Assembly: GCA_011109175.1 (NCBI GenBank)
Contig: RDEW01000018.1
Location: 16,895 to 80,894, forward strand
DNA length: 64,000 nucleotides
Direction of reading: 5' to 3'
Source of the DNA: Dicyema japonicum
Taxonomy: Eukaryota; Animalia; Dicyemida
Part shown: positions 26,350 through 38,951 of the stretch, in pieces
Layout: each line of letters opens with the position of its first letter
Position numbering within the stretch: position 1 is the stretch's first letter
Position numbers and translations under genes: made by a program
Notes under the pieces: generated by a model
Databases searched by the model: none
Told to the model about the DNA's origin: nothing
The model's input: only the letters and a program-made list of their open reading frames with translations

Positions 26350-27330
26350 AAATATTCCATCATAAACTCTGCGAAAAAGAAGTACATTCCAATGGGGAGG
26401 CAACCTACGTAATCAAAACGTTTCAATACAACGACGAAACATTTGATCAGAAAACGAAATAATCTAAAGATGATTTAATTGCCAACAGAAGAGAACATCA
26501 GGAAAATACGAGAACTGAACAGAGAGATAGACAAGAACATAAAGGCAGAAAATGCAAATAGATGGACGAGATCATCAAAGGCTCTCTACAAAAACCCCCC
26601 AATGCAGAAAGTGTGGAAATGGATCAAGAACATCAAAAGATCCTACCCAGAGAGAAAAGTCGGAATCTACATAAAACCAGACACTCTGATAAAATATTAT
26701 ACGTCTATCTCTTACAAGAAGTTTTCAAAAGAACACCAAGTATTCCTGAAAGAGATTGAACCAAAACGCTCCGATGACTGGATCCTATTTACTAACCAGG
26801 ATGTCCGCAGAACAATATATAAAGCCAACAACTCAGAGGTCAAAAGACCAGACAACATAACCACATGTGAACTGAAGCACCTAGGTCACCGAGCCTTGGA
26901 ACTATTAGCCAATGTATTCAACCTATCCATTAACACGAATACAATCCCTGAAATATGGAAGAAGTCTCTAATCATACCTATTCGAAACCTAACAAACCAA
27001 TAAATGAATCATCTTCCTATCGCCCAATATCTATTCTGAGTCCGGTCTCAAGGATCCTTGAAAGGCTTGACTGGAAAAAGTACAAGACTCAATACCTTCG
27101 AGCCAGCACGGATTCCGGGGTAACCATTCAACCACAACACACCTCACAAAATTCATTGCGGAAAGATTTAACTCCCCAAGGCCCATCAGAGGACAGTACT
27201 TATATCCGTGGACATTCAAAAACATTCAAATCAGTCCGTAGGAAACTCCATTTGAAACCAACATCCGAAAGCCTCAATCAGATTTCTCATCTTCTCTTTG
27301 TGCGCCTTCTGAGATTACATTGATAATAAA
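26350..27330 (+). mobile_element. Jockey/I-like LINE pre-RT and RT fragment
   Basis: PDNITTCELKHLG...FNLSINTNTIPEIWKKSLIIPI; KPINESSSYRPISILSPVSRILERL. Confidence 0.8.
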
Positions 27331-27415
27331 TGGACATTAACGTTTTTTCTTATTTCCCTAATTAAATAAAAGTCCTAACAATAAAATAATAACTTTTAAA
27401 ATCAATAATAAACAT

Positions 27416-28560
27416 TCATATAAAAGTTTCAGTATCATTGTGATCCTCAATAACATTAGTAAGTTCAGATATTAACATTTGATGTCCTATAATCTGTTCC
27501 TGTTCTATTTCAAACTCATCTCTGACTGGTAGACTCCTCATTTTCCCATCACTTTCGCAGTCTATTAGATCATTCAGTTTGCGAACAAGTTCCTCACATT
27601 CTTTAAAAGCCTTTTCAATTGATCCCCCAATCAAATATGAATCCATAGCCAAATCACCCAATCTAGAATAAAAATAAGAAAAACCTGCGAGTAAGCAAAG
27701 TCGAATATTTATCATTTTCTCTAGTTTAATGTCAACCGTTGAATTTGATTCATTCATTTGATAATAAAGTTCAATTTTATTATCAAATGAATGAATCTTT
27801 ATGTAAATCACTTCTGCCTGGGATTTTATGACAAAACTAACTCTTCTAAGTTGAGACAATAATACTAATAAATATAACAAAACAATACCTACATTCCTTC
27901 TAAAATGAAAAAGACAACTCCAAAGTGAAAAATCCATTAAATACAATATATTTTCATAAAGTTTAACAATCAAGTCATTTTTGTGGACAATCTCATCACA
28001 AATATAAATATCAGTATTTTTGAGTGAGTCCATTGAGTTATGAAAAAATCTCCAAAATCCTGTTTTATGTAAAGAAACAATCTCTCAGCGGACTCAATGC
28101 AAGCAGAATTTACTAGCATACAAGACTTTTTCAGTACTGAAGAAGTATCCTCGAATCTGTGCCCCACATGATGCGTTAAAAGTGATTCCAATGTTTGTTT
28201 TTGGTATTTTGTTCAAAATAAAAGTAAATCGAACCTTTTAATTTTCCTACTCAAACTATTCCTCGTAAACAACTCCTCTCTGAGTCGAGTGTAGCACTTT
28301 CGTCTGACACATGTCCACTCTTTGACATGTTTGTGCCAATCTTTAGTGTATTTGACGGTTATGAGATAGAGTCCTAATCCAATCAGAAAGTAAGTCACCA
28401 GACAAACTATTTAAATTGATAAAAACTACCAGAAATCAAACAAAGTAGCAACTTTGAAATCAATCCTATCAAAACAAATGCAATAATATAGAGAAATCTA
28501 AAAATGATTAAATTCTACTTTTTATTGGTGCCTATTCCAACAAAAGAAATTTTATCGTTT
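27416..28560 (-). CDS. Unrecognised gene: N-terminal hydrophobic (transmembrane-like) segments followed by a helical domain
   Basis: GT-AG introns at 28498-28518 (21 nt) and 28407-28429 (23 nt) join FLYIIAFVLIGLISKLLLCLISVCLVTYFLIGLGLYLITVKY in frame. It continues into ORFs 27970-28191 and 27416-28033 with frameshifts. No family recognised. Confidence 0.55.
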
Positions 28561-28879
28561 TTCTTTAAAAATGAATTAACTATTTGTTTAATTAAATGTT
28601 TCAGAATATAAATTTTTCCAGTAATATTTTGGATCTGAAAGAATACTCATTAAAAATAAATTACCAGATTATCATATAAATGGGTTAATTTAATAAAATA
28701 ATGTAAATTTTCCTGTTCATTCTGAAGTGGATAATTAGCCCTGATGGATTTCTACATTGTTACATTGAAATTATACTGAATCCGTAATGGGATAATCAAC
28801 GTCACTATCCATCTGATAACTTTAAATTTTAATTAAAATTAATAAAAATATTAATTTTAATAGAAAATAAATAAATGAC

Positions 28880-29600
28880 GATTGTAACATGTTTATAGAA
28901 ACTTCTTAAATGGACGAGTCCGGCGGGGTCGAGAATCCTTAACAGCTCTTCTCATTGGACATGGCATCGGCTCAAAATTTCTGTATGATTGTAGATATTT
29001 CGATAGTGTATGGAATAGAGGGCAGCTTGGTAAACTAGCCTCCTTTAAGTTTTTCCGCTGTAATTCGATTAAGAAATTTTCAATGGACTGGATTTTGTGT
29101 TCCGGTCCAATTAACCTTATTGCAGTCTCCTCGATTGCGGATAGTTTCAATTAAGAGGATCGTGAAATCTGCAGTGCCCATGAAGGACTTGCATACGTCA
29201 TCGTTGGTCAGATAAATTGTTCATAAATCGTGGCAAGGACACCAGTTTGGTCTTTAAGTGTTTTTGAGACTACTTTTAAAATTCTCATTTTCTTCAGAGC
29301 AGAAGTTACTTTGTTTTCAACATGTCGGATGAAGGTGATTCCCTGATCAATGGTTACTTCCAGAATCTTCGGTGTTTTGTTAATAGGAATAGCTTCGTTC
29401 TTCATAAAGATTTTTGGTTCTATACTCCTCCACGCATGGGGTTTGGGGGATTTCAAGACGAATCGAGATGGACGACATTTGGAGACCTTGTTTTAAATTT
29501 CATTTTTCGTAGTCTTGACATCTGAGAATCCTAATCATTTCTCTTATAATTGTGGCAACAAATTAGGAGTTTTCCTCAATTCATTTTAACTTCTCCCTTT
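28880..29600 (-). mobile_element. Jockey/I-like LINE post-RT fragment
   Basis: TPKILEVTIDQGITFIRHVENKV...LATIYEQFI; ETAIRLIG. Confidence 0.7.
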
Positions 29601-29824
29601 TGTGGACGCATCCAGGATTATTCGATCTTATACAAATGTATCTGCAACTTATGAGAAAAAAATATTTTCGAGGTAAGCGATTAATAACCATTCATGTTTC
29701 CTTAAGAACCGATGAATATATCCCTTGGAAAATCGAGCACTAAAACTCTGTTCCTACAAAAAAGATAGTCGCTCTATCCTAAATTAACTTTAAATTAAGA
29801 ACTTATCCCAGTTAAAAAGAACCC

Positions 29825-30600
29825 CTTTATTTATTTATTAATCCCGAATACACCGAGAAAGAAGTTAAAGTAAACAACTAATTAAGTGTGTCCAGTTTCC
29901 ACTTCTACAGAAACAGAGTCCATCCGGAATCAGCATAAAAGGTAAGACGTCTATTACATGCAGTTGTGGGAACCCCTCCAGTGGAATGGGGGAGAGCAAA
30001 CGATCCTTTTTCGTGCCGGCCTGGCACTGGGCGTCACCTAATAAGTGGATCACATGACGCCAATCTAATGGAAGAGACAGGAGGAACAGACACGAAAGCA
30101 GAAAATTTCAACCAATTAACCACGCAACACCACATGGCGCCACGCGGCTGGAGAACCCTTCCATTCTGGAGTCACATTTGACTCTCTGATGATATTCAAC
30201 ATCATGTGGAGGCATTAGTTTTGAGATTCCAAAAAGATGGGGATCTTCAAGACCTTTGTTAAATCACCAATTTCTTCTTTCCCTCACCTTGAATTATTAT
30301 TCACACAATATATCATACCAACAATCGAACATGTATATGTCGGTGTGGATAAACCCTCATCAATATCCACATCAAACAAACTATAAGTCATAAAGAACCA
30401 GTCCCTGCGAATCCAAAATAAACGTAACCGAATGACATCTACTTCATCGTTGAGGAATACACTAAATGTCACAAAAGTGATGCAACATCATGCAGACAGA
30501 CAGTACGACATCCGAAAATGGTGAAGTGTTCGGAAGCCCCCCTGAATAGGAAATTCATGTCTACCAGGAGTATGCTCGTAAATTTGAAAACAAACTTTTT
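29825..30600. mobile_element. Two LINE fragments: a minus-strand 3' end with (TAAA)n tail (29825-30100) and a plus-strand post-RT piece (30280-30600)
   Basis: Minus: ...GNWTHLISCLL* followed by TAATAAATAAATAAA. Plus: QYIIPTIEHV...NKL*VIKNQSLRI. Confidence 0.55.
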
Positions 30601-31470
30601 TCCTTTTGAATAATCGTGTAAGATTCCAGACAAAGTCGGAACAGAAGGAGATGCACAACACAATGACTTTTTTCTCTTTACTGTGAAAAGTTCTTGTATG
30701 GGAATCTGAGTCGTTGAAGATGCTCCTCGATTTATTGGGAGTTTATGAAGATATGTTATCTTGTGTCACTTGATAGATCCGTCAACTAACTTCTTTCAGG
30801 CTCTCTTGTTCATGCCCTTTTCGTAGATTTTTGAGATCTTCTTTTGTGAGGAGTTTTGCTAGTTGAACATCCTCGCTCCATTCTTATATTTTTTTAGATT
30901 TCACTTACCAGTATTTCAATTCTCTCCCGTTTGGTTGTTTTTACACCTGTCTGATTTTTTAAGAGCTCGGTTACGGAGTGTTCGTAGTTCTTTTGATTTG
31001 GTTGAGTTTGTAGAGCTTCCTGGTTGTAGACGTAGTTGATTCTGTAGAAGCGACAACATGATTTTTCGATCGTATTAAGGTCTCGTCGATTGAGTAATTC
31101 CGATGACTTTTCTTGCTACATTTTTGATTATGGTGACTGTTTTTTTCCCACAATTCTATCGGAGATATACCTTTTAGTGGTTTCATGCTTTTGGACTAAG
31201 TAACCTTATATCTTTGTTTGGTTTTTGAACCATGTATCAAACTCTCCACTGCAAATCTACCATATCCTGTGGTCTTTTTTACATGGAATTACAAAGTAAC
31301 GTTTTATAAGAAAATTGGCAACAACTATTCTATGATCAGTTGACGTCAAAATACCGTTGTAGGATCTCGAGTCAACTAGGCCTTGCCTGCATACCATATG
31401 ATTGATTTGGTTATATATCTTGATTAATGTATCATGTTTAGAGCAATTTAAGTGCTAAAATGCTATTTTT

Positions 31471-33995
31471 ATTTATTTATTTAACCCTAAGACCACCAAA
31501 AAAGATAGGTCAAAACTAACTAATTAGGTGATCCCAGCCTCCAACAACATCTGAACTCTCTTCATTTGGTCTTCTGATGACCCAACCACATTCCGGAAGC
31601 GCCTTCTCTTCCTTCTGCAAAGGAATTCGATCGGCGTGCACTTTTTTATAACCGACCGAAATTCCTGGGCCACCTTTTCTTTGATTGGGTTTCCCAGTTC
31701 TTTGTAGAAAAGTAGGAAACCCTGCCCATTCTTCAACGTCGCCTTTTCTGAAAGCAGACTGTGGAGTCTGATAGTATGTTCTCATGATCTTCTGTCTGAT
31801 AGAATTTACACGATCCACCCTCGTATAAGAAAAGGCGAATCTCCAGGCATATTCAATCGTCGGCGCAATAACTTTGAGATATACTTTGCTGATACAAGCA
31901 GTAGGAGGGAAGGGACTAAGACGTTCCATTTTCGAAGACCCTTGGTTAACACCTCCTCCGTGTGACTGGCAAACGTCATCAGAGAGTCGAAAGTTACTCC
32001 AAGGATCTTCTGGATTCGTGTATAAGGGATGGGAATGTTTCCGAGGAATATCTCAAGTCCACCTTTAAATCTTCTGTCCGTAGTAAATAGCGTGAACTGA
32101 GACTTGGATGCAGACACAGACAGCAAATTCATGGATAGCCAGTCACACACCTGGTTGAGGTGTGACTGAACCACCGCCACAGCCCTGGAGGGAGATTTGT
32201 CCCTTGCAGCGATAATCAAGTCGTCCGCATAAGATAAAAGCATGGTGTCCTGATCATTAATAGTAGGTAAATCGTGTAGAAATAAGTTAAATAAAAGAGG
32301 AGACAGAGGGGAACCTTGCGGGACCCCATTGGGGAGTAGTCTTGATTTGGAAGTGGTTTTGTCAATCCGGATTCTTCCGCGTCGCCCAGTTAAGAAATTT
32401 TCCAGCCATAGCTTGATGTTCGGATGTAAGTTGAAATCTTTTGCGTTAGGAGTATCCTCGGAACAGAATCAAAGGCCTTCTGTATATCGATGGATACGAA
32501 GGCCGTCCGTAAGTGTGTTCTCATGTTGAAGCCGTCAGTAATAAACTGGGAGATAGAACCCAAATGAGTCGTTGGAGATAGAACCCAACTGTCTGCCCTG
32601 GAACCATGTTGAAACTCTGGTAGATGTAGAACAGTAGAGATGCGCATTAACACAAGCTTTTTCAGTAGTTTTGATGAAACACAAGTTATTGAGATGGGCG
32701 GTAGGAAGAGGGTTTTTTAGGCTTTAGAATTGGCGTAATCAGGGAGTTTTTCCATATATTAGGTAGCGTATGGTAGTTGATAGAGTCGTTGTACATTCTT
32801 GATAGTATGGCCTGTTCCTGAGGTCCAAAATGTTTGAGGTGAATAGTGCAAATACCGTCAGGACCACAAACATGAGTGGGACGTAGAAATTTAATAGCCT
32901 TGTCAACATCATGGGGGTGAAGAAGGGGAATACGGTTCTTGTTGCGGCCGGTGCCGTTCAACGTGTGTAGAACGAGAAAAATCTTTATGACTGATCGATG
33001 CGTAGTACTTCATAATCTTGTTTGCGAGTTTGCGTGCGGGTTCCGAAGCATTGCGGGTAACGGCCTCAGTTCCGCGGTCCTCCTCATTGATAAGGCTATT
33101 GATCCTTATTAGCGTTTTCCAAAATGTGGCACAAGTTTTTGTGACATAGTCGTCCAACTAGGCGGCTCCATTTGAGTCCGTTGTTAGTTCGGATGAGCTC
33201 AGATAATTTGGTATTCAGTGAACGTATGGAGTAGAAGGAGTTATTGACTGCGTTATTCTTCTCTTCAGCGCATCTCGTTGTTTGATTAGTGACACAATTG
33301 ATTGAACTTTTTGTAAGAGGCGACAGTTATAAATAGTTTATCAGCTTTCAAAATGATAGCAGACAGAATCTTGGCCGTCTTCTCTACTGTACAATTAACC
33401 ATAGTAAGGTCAATAAGACTATTGTCCACATATTTCCTGAAACCTTGCCAGTCAGCTTTCAAGTAATTTTTAAACTTGAGCAAATAGGCCTTCTAAATCT
33501 CAACACAATGGGGTTATTATCGCTTGAGAATCCATAACGAATATTCCATGAAATACATCCAGCCATAGAAGGAGAGCAGAAGGACAGGTAGGAGGATATT
33601 GGACTGTCCCTTCTGCGGGACGGGGTTTTTGTGTGAGCGTCCGGGTCATTGAGGATAGTCAAATCATTAAATAAGGAAAGGATGTACTCGCCGCGATTGT
33701 CGGCTGATTGTGTCCGGAGCCGGAGTGGATGTTTGGCATTTAGGTCTCCGCATAGTAGCAGATCCTTTAGTCCACAAAGTCTCAATAGGTTGGGGATGTA
33801 GGAAGTAGTACATGACCCCTGAGGTGGGATATATACATTACACAGTGTAAAACATCTCGTCGGAGAAAAGGGAACTTCAATAGAAATCTGTTCCAGAATA
33901 AGATCCCCTTCACAGAGAGAAGATACAGAAGGGGTGACATCCGTAAATTTAAGTTCATCCTTAACGATAGTCAATAATTTTCCTTCGAGACTTCT
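31471..33995 (-). mobile_element. Jockey/I-like LINE (APE + RT), nearly complete, nested in hAT-like element 1
   Basis: CNVYIPP, GDLNAKHP (APE); GPDGI, WKNSLITPILKP, SIDIQKAFDSV, GVPQGSPLSP, YADD, KILGVTFD; ends WDHLIS* with a (TAAA)n tail. The 5' boundary is approximate. Confidence 0.9.
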
Positions 33996-34169
33996 TGTTC
34001 GGAATAATTATTTTATAATTTTGTTAAAAATAACATACATTATAAATGCTATAAGTGCTATTTTTAATTTTAAATTCTAATTTTTTAAATGTTAATTTAA
34101 ATTTCATTTAAAAAATAAATGAGTTGACAAAATTATAAACGTATTAAAATTTATTTTTAACTTTTAGAA

Positions 34170-34940
34170 ACGAAAAGATTTTTATAATAATTGATGAAAC
34201 AGATATCCGAAGGAAAAGTTTTGTAGTGATTATAATTGGGAGCATTCGCTTTCCAACAAAATCCTATTTAGTTGAATGCAAACCACTGGAAAATCATGCC
34301 ACTGGTGCTATCATCTGCCAATTAATAGATGACGTCATTAGAGAAATAAAGATTATTCGTGACAATTTTTATCTATTAATTTCATATGCCTTTCTTATAT
34401 GATTTCTGGTGATATAAATTTATCTAAATAAATAGGTGGTAAAACATTAATGGTCATGTATAACAACATGCATCATGTGACGTGTTTTTCTCATTTGTTA
34501 CACAATACGATTTTACGTATAAAGTGTGCATATCCGGAAATAGATGGCTTAATTGCAAGCATTAAAGCTGCCACAGTAAAAAACCGAAAACGTCGTAATT
34601 TGTTCAAGAATGTTGGATACCCACCTGATGTCGTAATTACTAGGTATTCTTTTGCTTAATTTATGCAGATGGGTAAGTTGGTTTGAAGCAGTGAATATTA
34701 ATGACAAGGCAAATATCAAAAATTATATAAATAAAGGAATGGAGGAAAATTGATTTAAACTTATTATTGAAATGACTGAACCAAAAATTAGCCAATATGA
34801 TTATTTTTCTCTTACACGCTGTCAGGCATCCTCTGCATTTGTTGAAAGAGCTATTAAAATACTAAAAAATATTTTTAAAAAAGATAGAAACTTCCATCCA
34901 GATAATATCAAGCATTACCTTTTATTATATTACAATAAAT
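34170..34940 (+). pseudogene. hAT-like transposase relic with a 25-nt intron
   Basis: IIIDETD, HVTCFSHLLH, PPDVVITR|WVSWFEAV (intron 34644-34668) and SAFVERA...DRNF. These motifs resemble DUF659/CGGBP1-related hAT transposases (recognised from memory). Confidence 0.75.
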
Positions 34941-35109
34941 AAAATTTAAATGTTATTGTTTATTATTTTAAGTTATAGATTTTACAATTTTAAATGCTAG
35001 ATTGTATCATTTTAAGTCTATTTTTTTTAATTATAATTGCTAGATTTTGTAATTTTTTAGCGCTAAAAAAATTTTTTGCTAGAAACAACTAGCTCTAATC
35101 ATGTTGGTT

Positions 35110-35400
35110 TCTTCTTGTCCCATTCCATGGTGTAATGTCATTGCTGAGTGTTTGAATGTAGTACTGCGCAGATACAGTTTGTTCATGTTACAAAACTCAA
35201 CCACATATCCCCAAGAAGGTTGCTTCTGTTTCTCCTGCGTGATCCAATACATTGGTCTCCATATTTGCCAGCTCTATCATTCCAGCTCCAGCAATAAATA
35301 AAAAGCGAGACGAGGAAAGTTCACCATATACACTTGAGAGGGCATCGTAAAATTCTTCTAGATCTATGTTTCTTACAGCTCTCGCTTCTATGGAGACAAA
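35110..35400 (-). mobile_element. RTE-like endonuclease fragment
   Basis: EEFYDALSSVYGEL...FIAG resembles the APE segment between YAPT and GDFN. Confidence 0.5.
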
Positions 35401-36900
35401 AATGTTCATACAGTAAACCCTCATTAATCCGAACAAAAAAATTGGATGCCTTTCGGATTGTGAAGGTATTGGCAAAAATTCTAAATCGGTCTCCATTTTC
35501 AGCATCAATAATTTCATAGTCGACATTATAATCTTCACAAACAAGGATGATAATTTCATTCTCGTCGATCGTTTCTGTACGAGTTATTTCTTCCTCATTA
35601 GCAAGTTCTCCCAGTTCTTTTTTGTACACATCCAGAACAGGATCATGCATAATATCTTATTAGCAAATGAATCAAGAAATTTTATTGTCCCTGTTTTTTT
35701 TTTGAAAAATTGTTATTGTGTCTTCTTTTACTTATTCCATGCGTGAGATACCATTATGATGACCATCCGTAAACTCACCAAAAAATTATTTTCCAATCAA
35801 GGGCATATAATCCAAATAAGCCTTTTTCTATAATAATTTCTTAAATTTCTTGATTATTCGTGCATCCATTGGTTGAAAATGAGCAGTTGTGTTTTTGGAA
35901 AGAATAAAATTTCAATGTTTTCAAAAAAAATTCGGTTAAAACGTGGCTTGGAGCATTACTAATCAGTAAAATGAACTTTTTTTCGTAACATTTTAATTAA
36001 TCACTAAGATAACTGATAATTACTAGAAAAATATACAGATAAAGAAATTGCCCCCAGAGCACTCGAGTCTATCATAGAAGCAACTGGAGGCAATTTCAGA
36101 AGAGGAAAGGAAAAAGACCCCCGTCCGTATAGAAAATGCGTGGGATCACGGTCGGAGGCATCGAGAAAAAATGACCCGATTATTGAGAGATGCCGGGATC
36201 ACCTGAATATTAGTTATTGGTTAAGACGGTGTTTCCCTTTGGCTTAAATAATAATAATAAAAAAGATAACTATGAAATTAGTTGTCACCCTAGCTCTTTT
36301 ATTTGCATAGAACAATATTTTTCAAATCAAAATCTTTTAAACAATCTTAATTTTTTTTACTATGCCCAATAACAAAAGGTTTAATATTTATTGTTTCCAA
36401 TTGCATTAGCACAAAGAGCTATAGTGATCCGCACTTTTGATTGCTTTATGTCTTTTCCATCTTTGAAGAAACATTCCAATAGGGAAAGATTGAGAGTCCA
36501 GTTCATCCATGTTTAGCAATACGCAGGGTCCACTTTTTATAACTTATCAATCATATTTTGTCTATTCAAATTAATTTCATCTTGTGTTAAGCTATTAAAG
36601 TTGGATTAATGGGGGTTTACTGTAATTGATTTTTCTATCACAGGTTTTCATAATTCTAATCAGATTCAATGATCCTCTTTATTGTGCTAACATATGGTTC
36701 AATGCTCTTAAGTTAAGTCATCTTAGCTCACATATCGTTTGATCATCGTTCAGAGGACACGTACGTTTAGGGAGTCAAGATTGAAAGTAACCTTACTGCC
36801 GGTGGTGATAGACTCAATAACTTTTTTATTACCATTTTCGACTACCTACCTCTGCGAGTTCGGTTTTTCATTATATTCCTCAGCATAAACAAGGAAGGGA
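35400..36900 (-). mobile_element. pogo/Tigger-like DDE transposase relic, interrupted by a LINE 3' end at about 36040-36260
   Basis: LLNMDE (about 36510); ENIEILF...NTTAHFQPMDARII (about 35870-35930); NLLMAIIMVSHAWN; acidic C-terminal tail. Heavily frameshifted; no TIRs found. Confidence 0.7.
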
Positions 36901-37041
36901 ATAAGCTTGAAGCTTCCTCAGACATAAGATTGCAACTATCCACAGTGACCCCGGATATTATGTCACATGGGCGGCGCGTAACGCATGGGCAGCCTGTTAC
37001 ATTTTTTCGACCTTGAAAAGGTCTTTTGATTATCCGACATT

Positions 37042-37146
37042 ATTATTATTATTACCCACAGGATCACTGGGTCAAAAAGAAAGAAATAAAAGTTCTCATC
37101 TAACTAAGTGATCCCAGACCGACAAAGGTGAAGATGAGTCTCATTG
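37042..37146 (-). mobile_element. 105-bp 5'-truncated LINE insertion nested in the Ginger-like element
   Basis: 14-bp TSD GATTATCCGACATT at 37028-37041 and 37147-37160. (TAA)n tail; encodes ...WDHLVR* like the other LINE C-termini. Confidence 0.85.
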
Positions 37147-37288
37147 GATTATCCGACATTTAATTTTATATATCCGATTTATATCGTGATTTAATCCTGT
37201 TAAATTAGTTTTTTATTCATAAATGTTATGATTATAAAGATTTTATTTTTTATAGCGGTAAACCTAGATTTCTAGCGTGATTTATAGC

Positions 37289-38394
37289 ATGGAAGATTAT
37301 TTTGTTGCAATGGCTTCTTACAAGGGTTTTGTGAAAGATTGCGTTGAATATCAAACTTTAAAAGATGCTTTGCATGATAAATTTCCCGAAAATCTTCCGA
37401 GGCACCGAAAATATAGGCTTGTAAAGAAGATAGAGAATTTTTTATTATCAATGACAGGTATTGTAAATTTGTAATAAATTTAGACTTTATCTTAAATCAA
37501 GTGATCCCAAGTTAGTCATATCCCTCGATAATGAAACCGAAATGGAGCTTGTGGCGAAATCACTACATGAGTTTTCACACGGAGGAGTAAATAAAATTGA
37601 ATATGAATGTCGACAAAGATATTTCACTGTCAAGAATGAGATTGTAGAAAAGTCATTCGAAATTGTGAAGTTTGCAAATTTTCGCGTCCTTTAAAAGTTC
37701 AAGATTTCTTTTAATTGTAGATTGGAGATATAAATCACCATGTGTTCGCTTCTTGTCCAAATGAACGTTTTCAAATAGACATGATAGATCTGAAAAGATT
37801 TTCAACACTAAACGAAAATTTCAAATGGATTTTAACGGTCATTGACATTTATAGTAGGTTGGTTTTTTTTTAATTTATAGATTTGCATTTGCACGACCAC
37901 TCTATAATAAGTCTGGTAAAGAAGTGTGTCAAAATTTAAGATCTTTGTTTCGCCTAAATGGACCATGTAAATTTCTTCAGTCGGACAATGGTTCTGAATT
38001 TAAAAATCAAAAATAACAAAACTTTGCGAAGATTTTAACATTAAGCAAATTCACGGAAGGCCTAACAATCCGAGCACAAGGAATTGTCGAAAGATTTAAT
38101 CAGACGATCACGAGGAAGTTGTCAAAAATGCTGGATAACAGTGAAAAAAAGTGGCTTGATAAATTAGAAAGTGCTGTCTACAGTTACAACATATCGGTCC
38201 ATTCATTTTCTAACGAAAGTCCTTTCGAAAGATATCGAGGAATTAAGGGAATAAATTCAATAATTAATGGTTATACTTATATCAATTATGACTTAGATAA
38301 TTTAAGTGATGAGTGTGCGATTCCAGAACAAATTGACGATTTGGTTAATTGTTCGACTCCAGAATCTATTGAAAATTCACGTAGTTTGATTTAA
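37289..38394 (+). CDS. rve-type integrase/transposase with three micro-introns
   Basis: HHCC zinc motif (LHEFSHGG...CEVC); catalytic FQIDMIDL, QSDNGSEF and QGIVERFN. GT-AG introns at 37458-37483 (26 nt), 37697-37720 (24 nt) and 37858-37880 (23 nt). A few 1-nt indels. Confidence 0.85.
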
Positions 38395-38951
38395 AAAATT
38401 TATATCTAGATAATTCCCAGTCAGATAATTTGTGTCCGAATGCGAAGAGATTCAACTTCGAAATTAAATCGATTGAAGAAAATTCAATTATTACAAAGCT
38501 ATGAACAGGAAAATGAATGTTCATAATAGTAAATATACTTTTAACATGGGAGATAAAGTATGAATCAAAAACATTAAATAAATAGGTTCGGGCTAAAAAA
38601 GGACTTTGGAACAAATCCCTCATTGCGACTGGATAAGTTTGAGTCGTCTCAGTATTATCCAGTTGCAGAAATAATTAATATTTTATCGAATAATCGCGTG
38701 GAGGTAGTTTTAAATAGTTTAATTTGATAGATAAAAAATTCGAAAGGAGAAATGTCGACTGTATTAATGAGTAGACTAAAAAAAGTTACTTAAATTAATT
38801 TTTTTTGTGGTTAATAAATCATTTATAAAATTAATGAAGTTAATCTTGGTTCAAGGTTAATGTAACAGGCTGCCCATAGGTAACGCTTGGCCCATGTGAC
38901 ATATTAAAGGTTTCTGCAAGCAAAAAAGCAGCTACATCTTTCACATTAATT

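Larger units (their letters stand above)
31439..35097 (+). mobile_element. hAT-like DNA transposon 1 with 8-bp TSD, interrupted by a LINE
   Basis: Direct repeat ATCATGTT at 31431-31438 and 35098-35105. Termini TAGAGCAATTT / rc TAGAGCTAGTT (9 of 11 identical). Repeated TGCTA/TAGC subterminal motifs at both ends. Transposase relic inside. Confidence 0.85.
36961..38901 (+). mobile_element. Complete Ginger-like (Gypsy-integrase-related) DNA transposon
   Basis: 43-bp TIRs at 36961-37003 and 38859-38901 (37 of 43 identical) with TGT...ACA ends. 5-bp TSD TATTA at 36956-36960 and 38902-38906. Single integrase gene; no gag, RT or LTR. Confidence 0.9.

Noticed and set aside
36961-38901. Integrase as a remnant of a Gypsy LTR retrotransposon
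   Set aside because: The ends are inverted, not direct, repeats; there is no gag, protease or RT; and the gene has introns.
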